A stretch of DNA of 60,152 nt, the filler included, from Basidiobolus meristosporus CBS 931.73 (Eukaryota > Fungi > Basidiobolomycota): NCBI GenBank assembly GCA_002104905.1. It is 4 parts of 4 records of this genome, joined end to end, with 100 filler letters (N's around TTAATTAATTAA, not from the genome) between each part and the next. Parts side by side here need not be neighbours in the genome. Positions count along the whole stretch, not along the records: positions 20,152 to 38,461 come from MCFE01001063.1; 3 more parts are not named here. One strand, 5' to 3'. Below, one piece after another: positions 25,860 to 38,561 of this stretch (position 1 is its first letter; each line of letters starts with the position of its first letter). Both the position numbers and the translations under genes were made by a program. The notes under the pieces are model-generated. The model made no database searches. It was not told the DNA's origin and was given only the letters and a program-made list of their open reading frames with translations.

Positions 25860-27901
25860 TACTCTGTGCACAGATGCTTCATATTATGCAATTGGTGGAG
25901 TGTTGAGCCAAAAACACAAGGGAAAGGACTACCCCATTGCCTTTGAATCCAAGAAACTGACCTCAGCAGAACAAAACTATCCAGTGCATGAGAAGGAGAT
26001 GCTTGCTATAATACACTGTTTGAAGACAAGGAGATGCTATATTGAAGGAGTCAAATGCACCATCAAGACTGATCATGCCTCCCTCAAGTATATATTTACT
26101 CAGAAGATACACTCTAGAAGAATGACAAGATGGAGTGAATACATTCAGCAATTTGACTTAGAGATTGCCTACTGCCCTGGAAAAAACAACAAGGTTGCTG
26201 ACACCTTATAAAGATTAGATCAAGTTGCACAACTCAACTTAGTGCATGAATCAGATTGGCCTAGCCTATTGCCAAAGTACTTGGAGGACCAAGCCATTCC
26301 TAATGGGGTGGATGAAGATATCAAGAAGATAATTCAGGATGAAGCCAGCAAATTTGTAGTACAGGATGAAACACTCTACCAAATGATGAATGGAAGCTCT
26401 ATTGCCTATTGCCCTTATGTTTCTTGCCTGAATCAAATTCATAAGCTACACAATGGATATGGACATCTTGGAATTGAAGGAACCTATAGCCTTGTGAAAG
26501 CCAGAGCATGGTGGCCCAGAATGAAACATGACATTGAGAAGCTAGTGAAAACATGCTCAAATTGCCAAATCAACCAAGGCCAACCACAGAGAATTGCTGA
26601 GCTCTTTCCCTTGGAGCCTGTAAGACCATTTGAAAGATGGGGAATTGACTATATTGGAAGACTGCCAGCTATCAGGAAATGCAACCGTTGAATCCTAGTA
26701 GCAATTGACCATACCACTAAATGGCCAGTGGCTAAGGCTGTACCTATAGCCAGTGAACAAGAAGTTTCAAGTTTCATCTACCATGAGATCCTTAAGAAGT
26801 TTGGATGCCCTGTAGAGATTCTATCCAATAGAGGCACAAACGTTATGGCAAAGACATTGGAAGCCTACCAGGATATGCAGCAGGTCAAACACTTGAAAAC
26901 CTTGGCATATCACCCCAGAACTAATGAAGTCACTGAATGGTTTGATGGATGATTTGGAAAAATGCTAACCAAGTATGCAAATGGAGTTGCTAGTAGATGG
27001 GATGAGTATATAGACCAAGCACTCTTTGCATGCAGAGTCAGAGTACACAACACCACCCAGCAATTGCCATTTCACTTAGTGTATGGATGTGAACCAAGGA
27101 TTCCAGGAGATCTCACACAACCAAAGCTTACAGACACCTTAGAAGATGAACTCAGTCAACCAAGTAGACACCAGCAACTGGAACAAAGGCGTCAAGAGGT
27201 ACAGACCAAAGTATCTCAAAGTGTAGAAAAGATGAAGCAGAGATTTGATAAGACTATAGCACCAGAAGCATTGACAGCTAGGAACTTTATATTGCTATGA
27301 AACAACACTTGGTAGAAGTTTGAGCCATGATGGACAGCACCATTCATGATCATCAGAGAATGTCCATTTGCAACTTACCAACTAGTGGACAAACAAGGAA
27401 ATATCTGGGAAGACTTAGTGCATAGGGACAGACTCAAGCTTGCAAGACTTGCTGATAATACTGAACCATCAAGATATTGGTATCACTAGAAAAGAGATTC
27501 AGGAGAACCCTTTCAAATTTAGCAGGTGAAAATATTGTGATCTGCTGCTTGAATGTTTAAGTTAGATCAGTTTTGAGTCAAATCAATTAATTATATGTTT
27601 AGGTTATCAGTATATCAGTATTATTGGTCAAATCAGTAGAATTAGCCAGCAAATGATTCAGCAGATCCTTATCAGACAGAAATAGATATATTAGGTAGCA
27701 TCTTATTGGGTGATGATGATGCAATCAAATGAGTCATCAGCCACAGACTACATTAGGAAATACAATTAGTCAGCAATTGATCTGGCAAAATGTATATAAG
27801 GAGCTGCTGAAATCTCAACAAAGATCAGTTCAAGTTTTAGTGAATACAATACTAGCTAAACACCCTATTCCTCTACAACTCTTATACCAAGACTTGTAAC
27901 A

Positions 27902-30896
27902 ACATGAGTATTGACTAAAAAGTGATGTAATAGCATTACATTGTTGAGTACCACACTGTTTGCCCCATGGAAAAGACTGCTTTGATACAATGATGTGAGA
28001 GAAGAGAAAAAAGACCATATGCCTATTGTAGCAAGCCTTTCAGCTATGAAGCACACAGACAGCACAGGAAGCATCACAAGGATCATGGTCAGTGCTTTAC
28101 CACACAAGTTGTAGTTGGCCATTCATCAGTCACTGATGTACCAGCAATGTCTTGCCAACCACTGGATACTTCTACAATGGCATCTGGCTGTACTTGTCAC
28201 CTTGCACAAACTGAGTCAGGAGAGTTTGTGATGCCTTTAGGCTCACCCCAGCCTTATGAATATGGTATTTAGAGTGATAGTTTTGAAGAAGCAGGCTCAC
28301 TGATGGATTGTCAGCCTATCTTCCCCAACAACAGTGTTGCACATGAGCCTGGCAAAATTCCATTATGCCATGAGACAGCTCCTGTGGAAAAAGTGCTAAA
28401 GATACCTTATGAGTCAAGTGAGCCCAGTAGTTCATCTACTAGTGAATGATGTGAGGTTGTGGCCAGAGAAGTGGCACATTTCACTAATATCAGTAATGGG
28501 GACCTTGAGGACTTACAACTACTTCTCTGGATATATTCTGGTAATACATCATATGAAGGAGCATATGCAGTCCAACAGGTACTGTGAAGCTATAGAGTAC
28601 CACACTTACTATAAATCTAGCGCAAATGTATCAGATATATTTGATGGCCAATGATACAAAGAGCTAAAAAGCAACTGCTACTTTTAAGATATATATGACC
28701 ATGCCTTTGCCTTGGCAATTGATGGATTCTCATTAAACAGGTACTCTACCAGCAAATCCTGCTGGTCACTGATTCTAATCAGTCTGAATCTACCTCCTAT
28801 CTTACAGTATCAGAGTAATATCTTCTTGGTAGTCTCACTGTCATATGGACATAGATCACTGTCTAACCTGGATAGCTACCTGTACCCATTGCTGGACAAA
28901 TTTTGTTTGCTTTGCAGTGGGATAACAGTGAGTAATTGTAATGTAAAAGCACATATTATTATCTGCATTGGAGATACCCAGCCATCAGCAAGATAACTGG
29001 CTTTTCTAGTCACAATTGATGGTATTGCTGTCAAATGTGTGAGATCCAGAGGATTTATTCCATAACTCACACACTATATTATTAGCCAAACACCAAGACT
29101 AAGAATATCATCTTTCCACAAAGAGAACATACAGAAGTCAGCATGCATTTGCAGCAAAGTTGGCTAGCTTTATGCCATTGGCCAGAATATGGAATCAATT
29201 GGAAACCAGATATGCTTGAGATAATGGGTATTCCTTAGTGCAAAAGCTTTCCACTGGGAGCAATGCACTTGCTTTTCAACAATATCCATATACTGATGAC
29301 CAAGTTGTACATGGGCATTTCAAACCAAATGCACCCTTTGAGTTGCTGGAGAATTTTGACAAAATTGGCAAAGTATGACATAGAGTTTGCTACCCTAAGT
29401 ACTTCTCATAGGCACCAATCAGCATAAATATGCATTTGCAGCAATAGAAGTTCAAGGAATGGATGAATGGGATATGTATTTATTCAAGTGGCCTTCTAAA
29501 GCCATATCTACCAAGAAAATATTGGAAGCATTGGGTGTCATATGTGGACATTGTAGGAATGTTTATCTAGAAGCAAATTGCCAATGCCAACTTCACGCAT
29601 CTACAGCTTTTGTGAAAAGAGTTTGTGGTGGGATTTGAGCAGCTATACTACAAAAATAAAGATAAATGCACATATCTCTGCCTCTACTGTATCCATTCCC
29701 TTCTCCATCTTGCTTGGTGTGTGGAGATTAGTGAGCCTTGCTTCACCTTTTGGGAGTTTCCAGTTGAGTGGATGCGTGGGGAAATAGGAAGACAAGTCAA
29801 GTTGCAGGTACTACCATATTGCAATCTCATCACAAATATTACCTTCAAGTCAGTGATGGCTGTGATGAGTTGGTGCATGGAGGACAGCCAGGAAGAGTTG
29901 GAAAATACTGATAACAGATGTGGACATGGAGACACTTATGCCTACAGAACTAAGAAGCCTAGCAGCCCTAATGAGTGGGTAATCAGTCAAGTAATGCAAA
30001 GTTGGGTTGGGTGCAACAAGCAGCTAGTTTTTATTAGGAAAACTCCACCAAGATATGCCATATTTCTCTTGGTCAAAAGCCAATTTCTGTACCAGTCAAT
30101 ACCAAATTTACACAAACAAGAGCTAAAACAAACCTATAAGTGGGACTAGAATCCAGCAGGGAGAAGGAATATAGTGGCTGAATACCCAAAAGATCTTCAG
30201 GGATATGCAGGAGGTATTCATGGCAGAAGTTGCAGCAATCCAGCATATGTTAGCAAGATGTATATGTTGCCAGCAGTACCATATTGCAACTTTGCAAGTA
30301 TCACACTAAAGAGCTGCAGAGTTGAGGTGATAGTAGTATGTCAATTGTGGCAGGTGTGCATGTTTATAGAGGTTAGTAAGCAGGAGGCCAGAGTATTTTT
30401 TATTTGACTACAAGTGGAATACCCAAGGTAGTAGTGGGTAAGTAATAAAGAAGGATTATTCAACAGTAGAATATATCAATTGCACAAGGTGAGGCCAAAA
30501 AAGGAAATACTATCTGGTAAATTGGTATGGTAGCATTTTACAGAACTAGCTGTAGGCTGCAATACTGCTGTGATAATGCCATCAGAGGCTCACAAAGAGG
30601 CCGTCAATACACTGTCAAGTTAATGCCATATAAGAAAACTGGATGTACTGATAGAGTAATAAAGCACACCAAGACTGTAACAGTGCCATGCCACTCTTGT
30701 CAAAACACTGTATCAACACTTGTATATTAATCAACTTTATTTGGCTGTTGAAATAGCAAAATCCTATTATGATCCTGCCACAAATTGTGTAGATGGTAAT
30801 TAACACCAAGCTGCTGGTATTATAGTGGTCTCCTGACAGGATCTTGACAGCTGATCTGGATTGGATCCACCTGCAGGACAAGATTTCTTCATAGGG
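27902..30896 (+). mobile_element. Decayed CACTA copy (transposase region plus terminus), opposite orientation to 2862-8836
   Basis: Transposase fragments (ORFs 28712, 29625, 30174); ends in TTTCTTCATAGGG after a subterminal region matching the reverse complement of 2862-2930. Confidence 0.85.
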
Positions 30897-32519
30897 TGTG
30901 ATATATTACAGCTTAGAGGAAGCCAAGGAATGGTGTGCTTAGCAGGAAGCAGAAGCTCTACAATGAGATATTCAATCATTTCAAAGTGAGAGTAGTGCAT
31001 ACATTTTAATATCTAAACAGACTCAGCATATTGGCAGGTAGATACAGCGGAAAGTTGTATAAAGGAGAAAACAACTGAATTTGTAAAATAGGTAAAATAA
31101 CTATTAATGTGTAGTGTATTCATAGAAGAATATAGCCACCAGGAGAAATGTATCTTTAGCACTATGAGGAGTAAGCATAGCATGAAAGGCACTATCATGA
31201 GCCACACAAGTACAACTGAGTAAGCTACTAGTAACTCTTTCCTACCACTAACTGCATGGTAGAAAATATGATGCCAGATAGTGTCACAGAAAGCCAGATT
31301 AATTGGAAACTCTTAATAGGCTGGAACTATGTGGCACTATCCCATGGGAAAAGCTTATAATGCACTTTATATTCACACAAGAAAGCATCCACTGAAAGAA
31401 ATGTGTTTGGAGCAATATGTAGAGTAAATAAAGTAAGAAAAGCACTATTCAGAGCAACATAAGCACAATTGAGTAAAACTTGCAATGACTATATCCTACC
31501 TCTGGCATCATGGTAGAAACTGTGGTTCCAGAAAGTGCTGTAGTATGCCATATCAATCTGGCACAATAAACAGGCTGGCATTATCTGGCACTGTCCTACA
31601 GAACAATTCTAATGTTCCAAACACATGACTGACTCACAATCATGCAAGTATTGATAAAAGAATGATATAATAGCATTATGTTGCGGAGTGTTGAGCTGTT
31701 TACCCAATGGACAAGACCACCTTTGTTCAATACTATAAAAGAGGGGAATGCAACTGTGGACTATTGTGACAAATCTCTTAGCCATGAAGCAAGCTTACAT
31801 CATAGGAAGTACTACAAGGATATTGGACAGTGTTTGCCACACAAGTCATGTTTGCCCATACAACAGTCACTGCTGTGCCAACCTTATCTTACCAGCTACT
31901 GATACTTCCAAAACAGCACCCTGCCATACTTGTCACCTTGCGCAAACCAGTTTGAGTGAGTTTGAGGCACCTTTTAGTTCACTGCAGCCTTTTCAATATG
32001 GCCTGCAGAGTAATAGCTCTAAAGAAGCAGGCCCACTGATGGATTGGGTGCCTAACTGGGTACAGTATCCTGCATGGACCAGCAAGATCCCAATTTCATA
32101 CAAGACAATCCCAGTGTCAAAAATTCAAGGATACACCATTGATCTAAGTGAGCCCAGTAATATATTGGCTGGGGTATAATTTGATGTTAAGGCTAGAGAA
32201 GTAGTGTACTTCACCAATATTTGTAACGGGGGCTTTGAGCATTTACTGCTACACCTAGCCAAAATCACTCTGGGATGCAGCTTATCATGTTGGAGCAAAT
32301 GGAAAACCATCATGCAGCTGGCAGCATATGGGCCAGAGACTAAAATCCTGCTGAATACTGATTCTCAGCATCCTAAATCTGCCACTAATCTAACAGTATC
32401 CAAGCTGAAATTTGATGGAAGTCATGCTGGTATATGAGCTTAAATCACCATTCCACCTGGATAGCTACCTGCATCTATTGCTGAATTAGTATTGCATGCT
32501 TTTCAGCAGGATACTACTA

Positions 32520-35500
32520 TGTTACAAGTCTTGGTATAAGAGTTGTAGAGGAATAGGGAGTTTAGCTAGTATTGTATTCACTAAAACTTGAACTGATTTT
32601 TATTGAGGTTCCAGCAGCTCCTTATATACATTTTGCCAGATCAATTGCTGACTAATTGTATTTCCTAATGTAGGTTGTGGCTGATGACTCATTTGATTGC
32701 ATCATCATCACCCAATAAGATCTTACCTAATATATCTATTTCTGTCTGATAAGGATCTGCTGATTCATTTGCTGACTTATGCTACTGATTTCATAGATAA
32801 TACTGATATACTGATAACCTAAACATATACTAATTGATTTGACTAAAAACTGATCTAACTTAAACATTCAAGCGGCAGATCATAACATTCTCCCCTACTA
32901 AAGTTGAGAGGGTTCTCCTGAATCTCTTTTCTTGTGATACCAATATCTTGATGGTTCAGTATTATCAGCAAGTCTTGCATGCTTGAGTCTGTCCCTATGC
33001 ACTAAGTCTTCCTGGATATTACCTTGTTTGTCCACCAGTTGGTAAGTTGCAAATGGACATTCTCTGATGATCTTGAATGGTCCTGTCCATTGTGGCTCAA
33101 ACTTCTTCCGAGTGTTGTTTCTTGGCAATAAAAAGTTCCCAACTGTCAATGCTTCTGGTGCTATAGTCTTATCAAATCTCTGCTTCATCTTTTCTGCACT
33201 TTGAGATACTTTGGTCTGTGCCTCTTGACGTCTTTGTTCCAGTTGCTGGTGTCTACTTGGCTGACTGAGTTCATCTTCTAAGGTGTCTGTAAGCTTTGGT
33301 TGTGTGAGATCTCCTGGAATTCTTGGTCCACATCCATAAACTAAGTAAAATGGCAATTGCTGGGTGGTTTTGTGTACTCTGACTTTGCATGGAAAGAGTG
33401 CTTGGTCTATATACTCATCCCATCTACTGACAACTCCATTTGCATACTTGGTCAGTATTTTTCCAAATAATCCATTAAACCGCTCAGTGACTCCATTAGT
33501 TCTGGGGTGATATGCCAAGGTTTTCAAGTGTCTGATCTGCTGCATTTCCAGGTAAGCTTCTAATGTCTTTGCCATAAAGTTTGCACCTCTCCATCTACTA
33601 ACAACTCCATTTGCATACTTGGTTAGCATTTTTCCAAATCATCCATCAAACCATTCAGTGACTTCATTAGTTCTGGGGTGATATGCCAAGGTTTTCAAGT
33701 GTTTGACCTGCTGCATATCCTGGTAGGCTTCCAATGTCTTTGCCATAACGTTTGTGCCTCTGTTGGATAAGATCTCCACAGGGCATCCAAACTTCATCAG
33801 GATCTCATGGTAAATGAAACTTGCAACTTCTTGTTCACTGGCTATTGGTACAGCTTTAGCAACTGGCCATTTAGTGGCATGGTCAATAGCTACTAGGATC
33901 CAGAGGTTGCATTTCCTGGTAGTTGGCAGTCTTCCAATAAAGTCAATTCCCCATCTCTCAAATGGTCTTACAGGCTCCAAAGGGAAGAGCTTGGCAATTC
34001 TTTGTGGCTGGCCTTGATTGATTTGGCAGTTTGGGCATGTTTTTACTAGCTTCCCAATGTCTTGTTTCATTCTGGGCCACCATGCACTGGCTTTCACAAG
34101 GCTATAGGTTCCTTCAATCCCAAGATGTCCATATCCATTGTGTAGCTTATGTATTAAATCCAGGCAAACAACATAAGGACAATAGGCAATAGGGCTTCCA
34201 TCAACAATTTGGCAGAGTGTTTCATTCTGTACAACAAGCTTGCTGGCTTCATCACAGATTATCTTCTTGATATCTTCATCCACCCCATTAGGAATGGCTT
34301 GGTCCTCCAAGTACTTTAGTAATAGGCTAGGCCAATCTGATTCATGCACCAAGTTGAGTTGTGCAACTTGATCTAATCTTGATAAGGCAACAGCTACTGT
34401 GTTGTTTTTTCCAGGACAGTAGACAATCTCCAGGTCAAATTGCTGAATGTATTCACTCCATCTTGTCATTCTTCTAGAGAGTACCTTCTGAGTAGATATA
34501 TACTTGAGGGAGGCATGATCAGTCTTCACAGTGCATTTGACTCCTTCAATATAGCATCTCCATGTCTTGAAACAGTGTATTATAGCAAGCATCTCCTTCT
34601 CATGGACTGGATAGTTTTGTTCTGCTGAGTTCAGTTTCTTGGATTCAAAGGCAACAGGGTAGTCCTTTCCCTTGTGTTCTTGGCTCAGCACTCCACCAAT
34701 TGCATAATCTGAAGCATCTGTGCACAGAGTGAACTCTTTTCTGAAGTCTGGTATTCTTAGGCTTGGCAGCTTAGCAAGTTCATTCTTGAGCGTCTGGAAG
34801 GCAGTCTCACAAGCTATGTCCCACTTGTAGGTATTGTCTTTCTTGAGGATATCAGTTAAAGGGGCTGCAATACTTGCAAAAGACTTGACAAATCTCCGAT
34901 AATAGGAAACCATTCCAAGGAATGATCTGAGTTCTGATATGCTATGGGGCTGCTTCAAATTCTTGATTACTTCCACCTTCTTTGGGTCTAAGGTTACTCC
35001 TGTGCTAGTCACTATGTGTCCCAGGTATTTAATGTGCTCCTTGAAGAATTCACACTTGGCTAGCTTGCCATATAGCTTGTTCTCTCTTAGTTTCTTCAAG
35101 ACCTTTTTAATGTGCACTTTGTGATCCTCTTCTGTCTTGCTGTATATCAATATGTCATCCAGGTAGATTATCACAAACTTGTCTAAGTACTCCTGAAAGA
35201 CAGTCTGTATCAGCGTCATGAATGTTGCAGGGGCATTGGTGAGGCCAAAACTCATGACTAAGTACTTGTAATGTCCATATCTGGTCCTGAATGCTGTCTT
35301 AGGGATATCTTCTGGTTTCAACCTAATCTGGTTGTATCCTGACATGAGGTCAATCTTGCTAAAAATAGTGGCTCCATTAAGTTGGTCTAAAAGCTCATCA
35401 ATCCAAGGTATGGGGTACTTTTTCTTCACAGTAACTGAGTTGAGGGCTATGTAGTCAATGCACATCCTAAGTGTTCCATCCTTCTTTTTCACAAAAAGCA

Positions 35501-38364
35501 CTGGTGCTCCCCAAGGTGACTTGCTGGGCCTGATGTATCCTTGCTCCAATAGCTGATCAATTTGTCACTTCATTTCCTCCAATTCCAATGGACTCATTCT
35601 GTAAGGTGTCTTGCTCACTGGAGGGCTATCTCCTGTGTCAATGGCATGATCCACATCTCTGACTGGTGGTAGACTTACAAGCTCATCTGGAAACACGTCT
35701 GAATATATCTTCAAGAGAGTCTGGACCTGCTGGGGTGCTGGGGTAGAGGAATCCTCCTGTAATACCGCCATGAGGAACATCTTGGTACCTTTTCTAAGTG
35801 CTCTATAGAAATGGGTCTTGCTAAGTTCACTTGTCTCACACACACTGGAATTGACCAAGTTGAAATCCAGCCTGGCAGGTAATAGCTCATAGGTCTTGTT
35901 GTCTTTTTGGATCTGAGTAGCATGGGTTCTCCAGTTGATTGATGGATTACGACAAAATAGCCAGGTTTTTCTAAGTACAAGGTCAAACTTGCAGTTCCCA
36001 AATATATAAGTCTGTAGGTCTTCTTCATAGTCATTGATCTTCATTCTTACTGGCTGGGTAATACGGTTGATTATGTGGGAGTTCCCATCAGCTGTAGAAA
36101 CTGAAGTTGATTTGGTAGGTTCCAAGTTGATTCCAGCTTTCAAAGCAAATTGCTCTAACATGTACTCATGCAGTGCTCCTGAGTCAATCATGATCTTGGC
36201 AGGTACTCCATTGATTACTCCATTCAAGTACAGTAACTTCCCTGAGTTTGAAGTCATTTGGGACAAGTACTCTTCTGTCATATGGAAGGTGAGTTCCAAG
36301 TCTTCTTCAAGCTCATCTTCCACATTACTGTGTTCATGGGACTCAATATGGTTGAAGGTTCTTGTTGGCTGGTGTCCATTTCTTCTCTGAGGGCAGTACT
36401 TTGCAATATGTCCCTGCTGGTGGCAATTGAAGCAAAGTCCTCTCTTCTTGCATTCTTCTGAGGAGGGATTCTTCTGCATAGCGTCTATTTCCATTGGTAC
36501 TGCTTCTGATTGTCTTCTTTCATAATGATTATAGCCTTTCTGATTAGTCACTGTAGGCTTCCCAACTCCAAACATAGCTGAGTCATAGTCAATGGCAATC
36601 TTGATGGCTTCTTCAATAGTCTGAGGTCTTTGGTAATTAGACTTGTTCCGTTGGATAGTGCCACATTGAGCCATGAGTGCCAAATGATGCCATAGTGTGC
36701 CAGAGAGGCCAATTGAGCCTCTACCTGGCCACAGAGTGTGTAACATAGCTCCACATCTTCATGCAAAGCAGCCCCTGTGTTTCACCCATTGTGTTGGAGA
36801 AAATCCATTTTTTGACCTTTCTATTTGGATCAATGTTGTGCAGGATGTATTAGAGCACAAGCAGATTGAAGATATGCATCTGGTACTCAATACCCATGGC
36901 ACTCTGAATCTAGCTCCTGTAGCTTGTATCATGTCACAAAAATGAATGGCACTATCTTGGTCCACTGGTACTATCTGGCACTATATTTAAATATTAGCCC
37001 TAAAGTAAGATCTATACAAAGCACTTATAGTGCAGATAGTACCAGTGGACCAAGATAGTGCCATTCATTTTTGTGACATGATACAAGCTACAGGAGCTAG
37101 AATCAGAGTGCCATGGGTATTGAGTACCAGATGCATATCTTCAGTTCTCCTGTGCTCTTACATATCCTGAGCTACATTGATCCACAAAAAAAGGTCAAAA
37201 AATGGATTTTCTCCTGTGCAATGGGTGAAACACAGGGGCTGCTTTACATGAAGATGCAGAGCTATGTTTTACACTCTGTGGCCAAGTATAGGCTCACTTG
37301 ACCTCTCTGGCACACTATGGCATCATTTGGCACTCATGGCTCAATGTGGCACTATCCAATGGAACAAGTCTATTGACTTCCTTGCAAGTTCTTTCTTTCA
37401 ACCCATCAATAAAGTATTCAACTTGATCCAAGGGGTCCATTCTTTCAATTTTTCCAAGTAGACATCTGTACTCATAGATGTATTCTTGCACCATTCCTTT
37501 CTGTCTGAGTGTCTTTAACTTCCTTCTTAGTAGTGTCTGCTGGTGTGGAGGTTCAAAAGCATCCTGAATTTCCGGCACAAACTCATCCCAGGTACAGATT
37601 GTAGAGCATCCCATCATGGTGGCTGACCTGATCTTGTTGTGGTACCACTGTAAAGCTGCATCTGCCAGGTAAGAAGCTGCATAATGCAACTTGCTCTCTG
37701 GAGCAATTCCTTTAGCTTTAAAAGCTTCTTCAATCTGAAAGAGCCAAATTCCCAGGTTTTCATTGACTCTGCCATGGTACTGGTTGACCTTCACACTAAA
37801 GTTGCTCTTGACAGGGCTTTGCTGGCTCTGAGCCATGGTAGTCATTCCTTGTTGCTGTTGGCTAAGGATCTGGAGTAGCTGTTGCTGTTGGGCCAGGATT
37901 TGCTGCATGGCATTCTTCCATTCTTGATTGCCCAACATCTTGAGGGTGGTTTCTTCTTTCTTCAGGAGGGAGGTTTCTGGTTATTGCTGCTACCAATGTT
38001 ACAAGTCTTGGTATAAGAGTTGTAGAGGAATAGGGAGTTTAGCTAGTATTGTATTCACTAAAACTTGAACTGATTTTTATTGAGGTTCCAGCAGCTCCTT
38101 ATATACATTTTGCTAGATCAATTGCTGACTAATTGTATTTCCTAACGTAGGTTGTGGCTGATGACTCATTTGATTGCATCATCATCACCCAATAAGATCC
38201 TACTTAGTATATCTATTTCTGTCTGATAAGGATCTGCTGATTCATTTGCTGACTAATGCTACTGATTTCATAGATAATACTGATATACTGATAACCTAAA
38301 CATATACTAATTGATTTGACTAAAAACTGATCTAACTTAAACATTCAAGCGGCAGATCATAACA
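32520..38364 (-). mobile_element. Two-LTR Ty3/gypsy retrotransposon; LTRs 32520-32887 and 37997-38364
   Basis: 368-bp LTRs differing at a handful of sites; 4-bp TSD ACTA; PBS TGGTAGCAGC; PPT AGGGGAGAA. Gag 37315-37938 plus 35565-36638; RT/RH/IN 33639-35549 ([13 protein letters not shown]); IN C-term 32898-33629. Confidence 0.95.
36639..37371. mobile_element. 733-bp foldback MITE (about 347-bp inverted arms, 40-bp spacer)
   Basis: Ends AGACTTGTTCC...GGAACAAGTCT; 3-bp TSD ATT (36636-36638, 37372-37374). Removing it restores gag KEVN-YQRPQT. Confidence 0.9.
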
Positions 38365-38461
38365 ACTATATGTCTCTACTATCAAAGTGTGTATTACTAT
38401 CTGCATTGGAGATACCCCAGTCATCAGTAAGATAGCTAGCTCTTCTGGGCATCATGGATGG

Positions 38462-38561
38462 NNNNNNNNNNNNNNNNNNNNNNNNNNNNNNNNNNNNNNN
38501 NNNNNTTAATTAATTAANNNNNNNNNNNNNNNNNNNNNNNNNNNNNNNNNNNNNNNNNNNN
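38462..38561. other. Assembly spacer
   Basis: N run with TTAATTAATTAA. Confidence 0.97.

Larger units (their letters stand above)
20336..27901 (+). mobile_element. 5'-truncated, decayed Ty3/gypsy element (gag C-term, protease, RT, RNase H, integrase, 3' LTR 27533-27901) with two nested insertions
   Basis: CCHC knuckle CFSCHQQGHIAKYC, protease IDSGA, RT/RH/IN fragments (ORFs 21152, 25900, 26242, 26728, 26962). The LTR is the reverse complement of the LTRs at 32520 and 37997. Confidence 0.9.
31640..38461 (+). mobile_element. Another decayed CACTA transposase copy, interrupted by the gypsy element at 32520-38364
   Basis: LDSYL... ends at 32519; CIGDTP...GHHG resumes at 38365-38461. Left boundary approximate. 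Confidence 0.75.

Noticed and set aside
31300-31620. SNF2-like motif LALSGTVLQNN
   Set aside because: Isolated short match with no other helicase motifs; the GGCACTATC-like words resemble the MITE, so it is more likely a decayed repeat.
35565-36746. Gag-protease ORF with a novel N-terminus
   Set aside because: The first ~37 residues are read from the inserted MITE arm.
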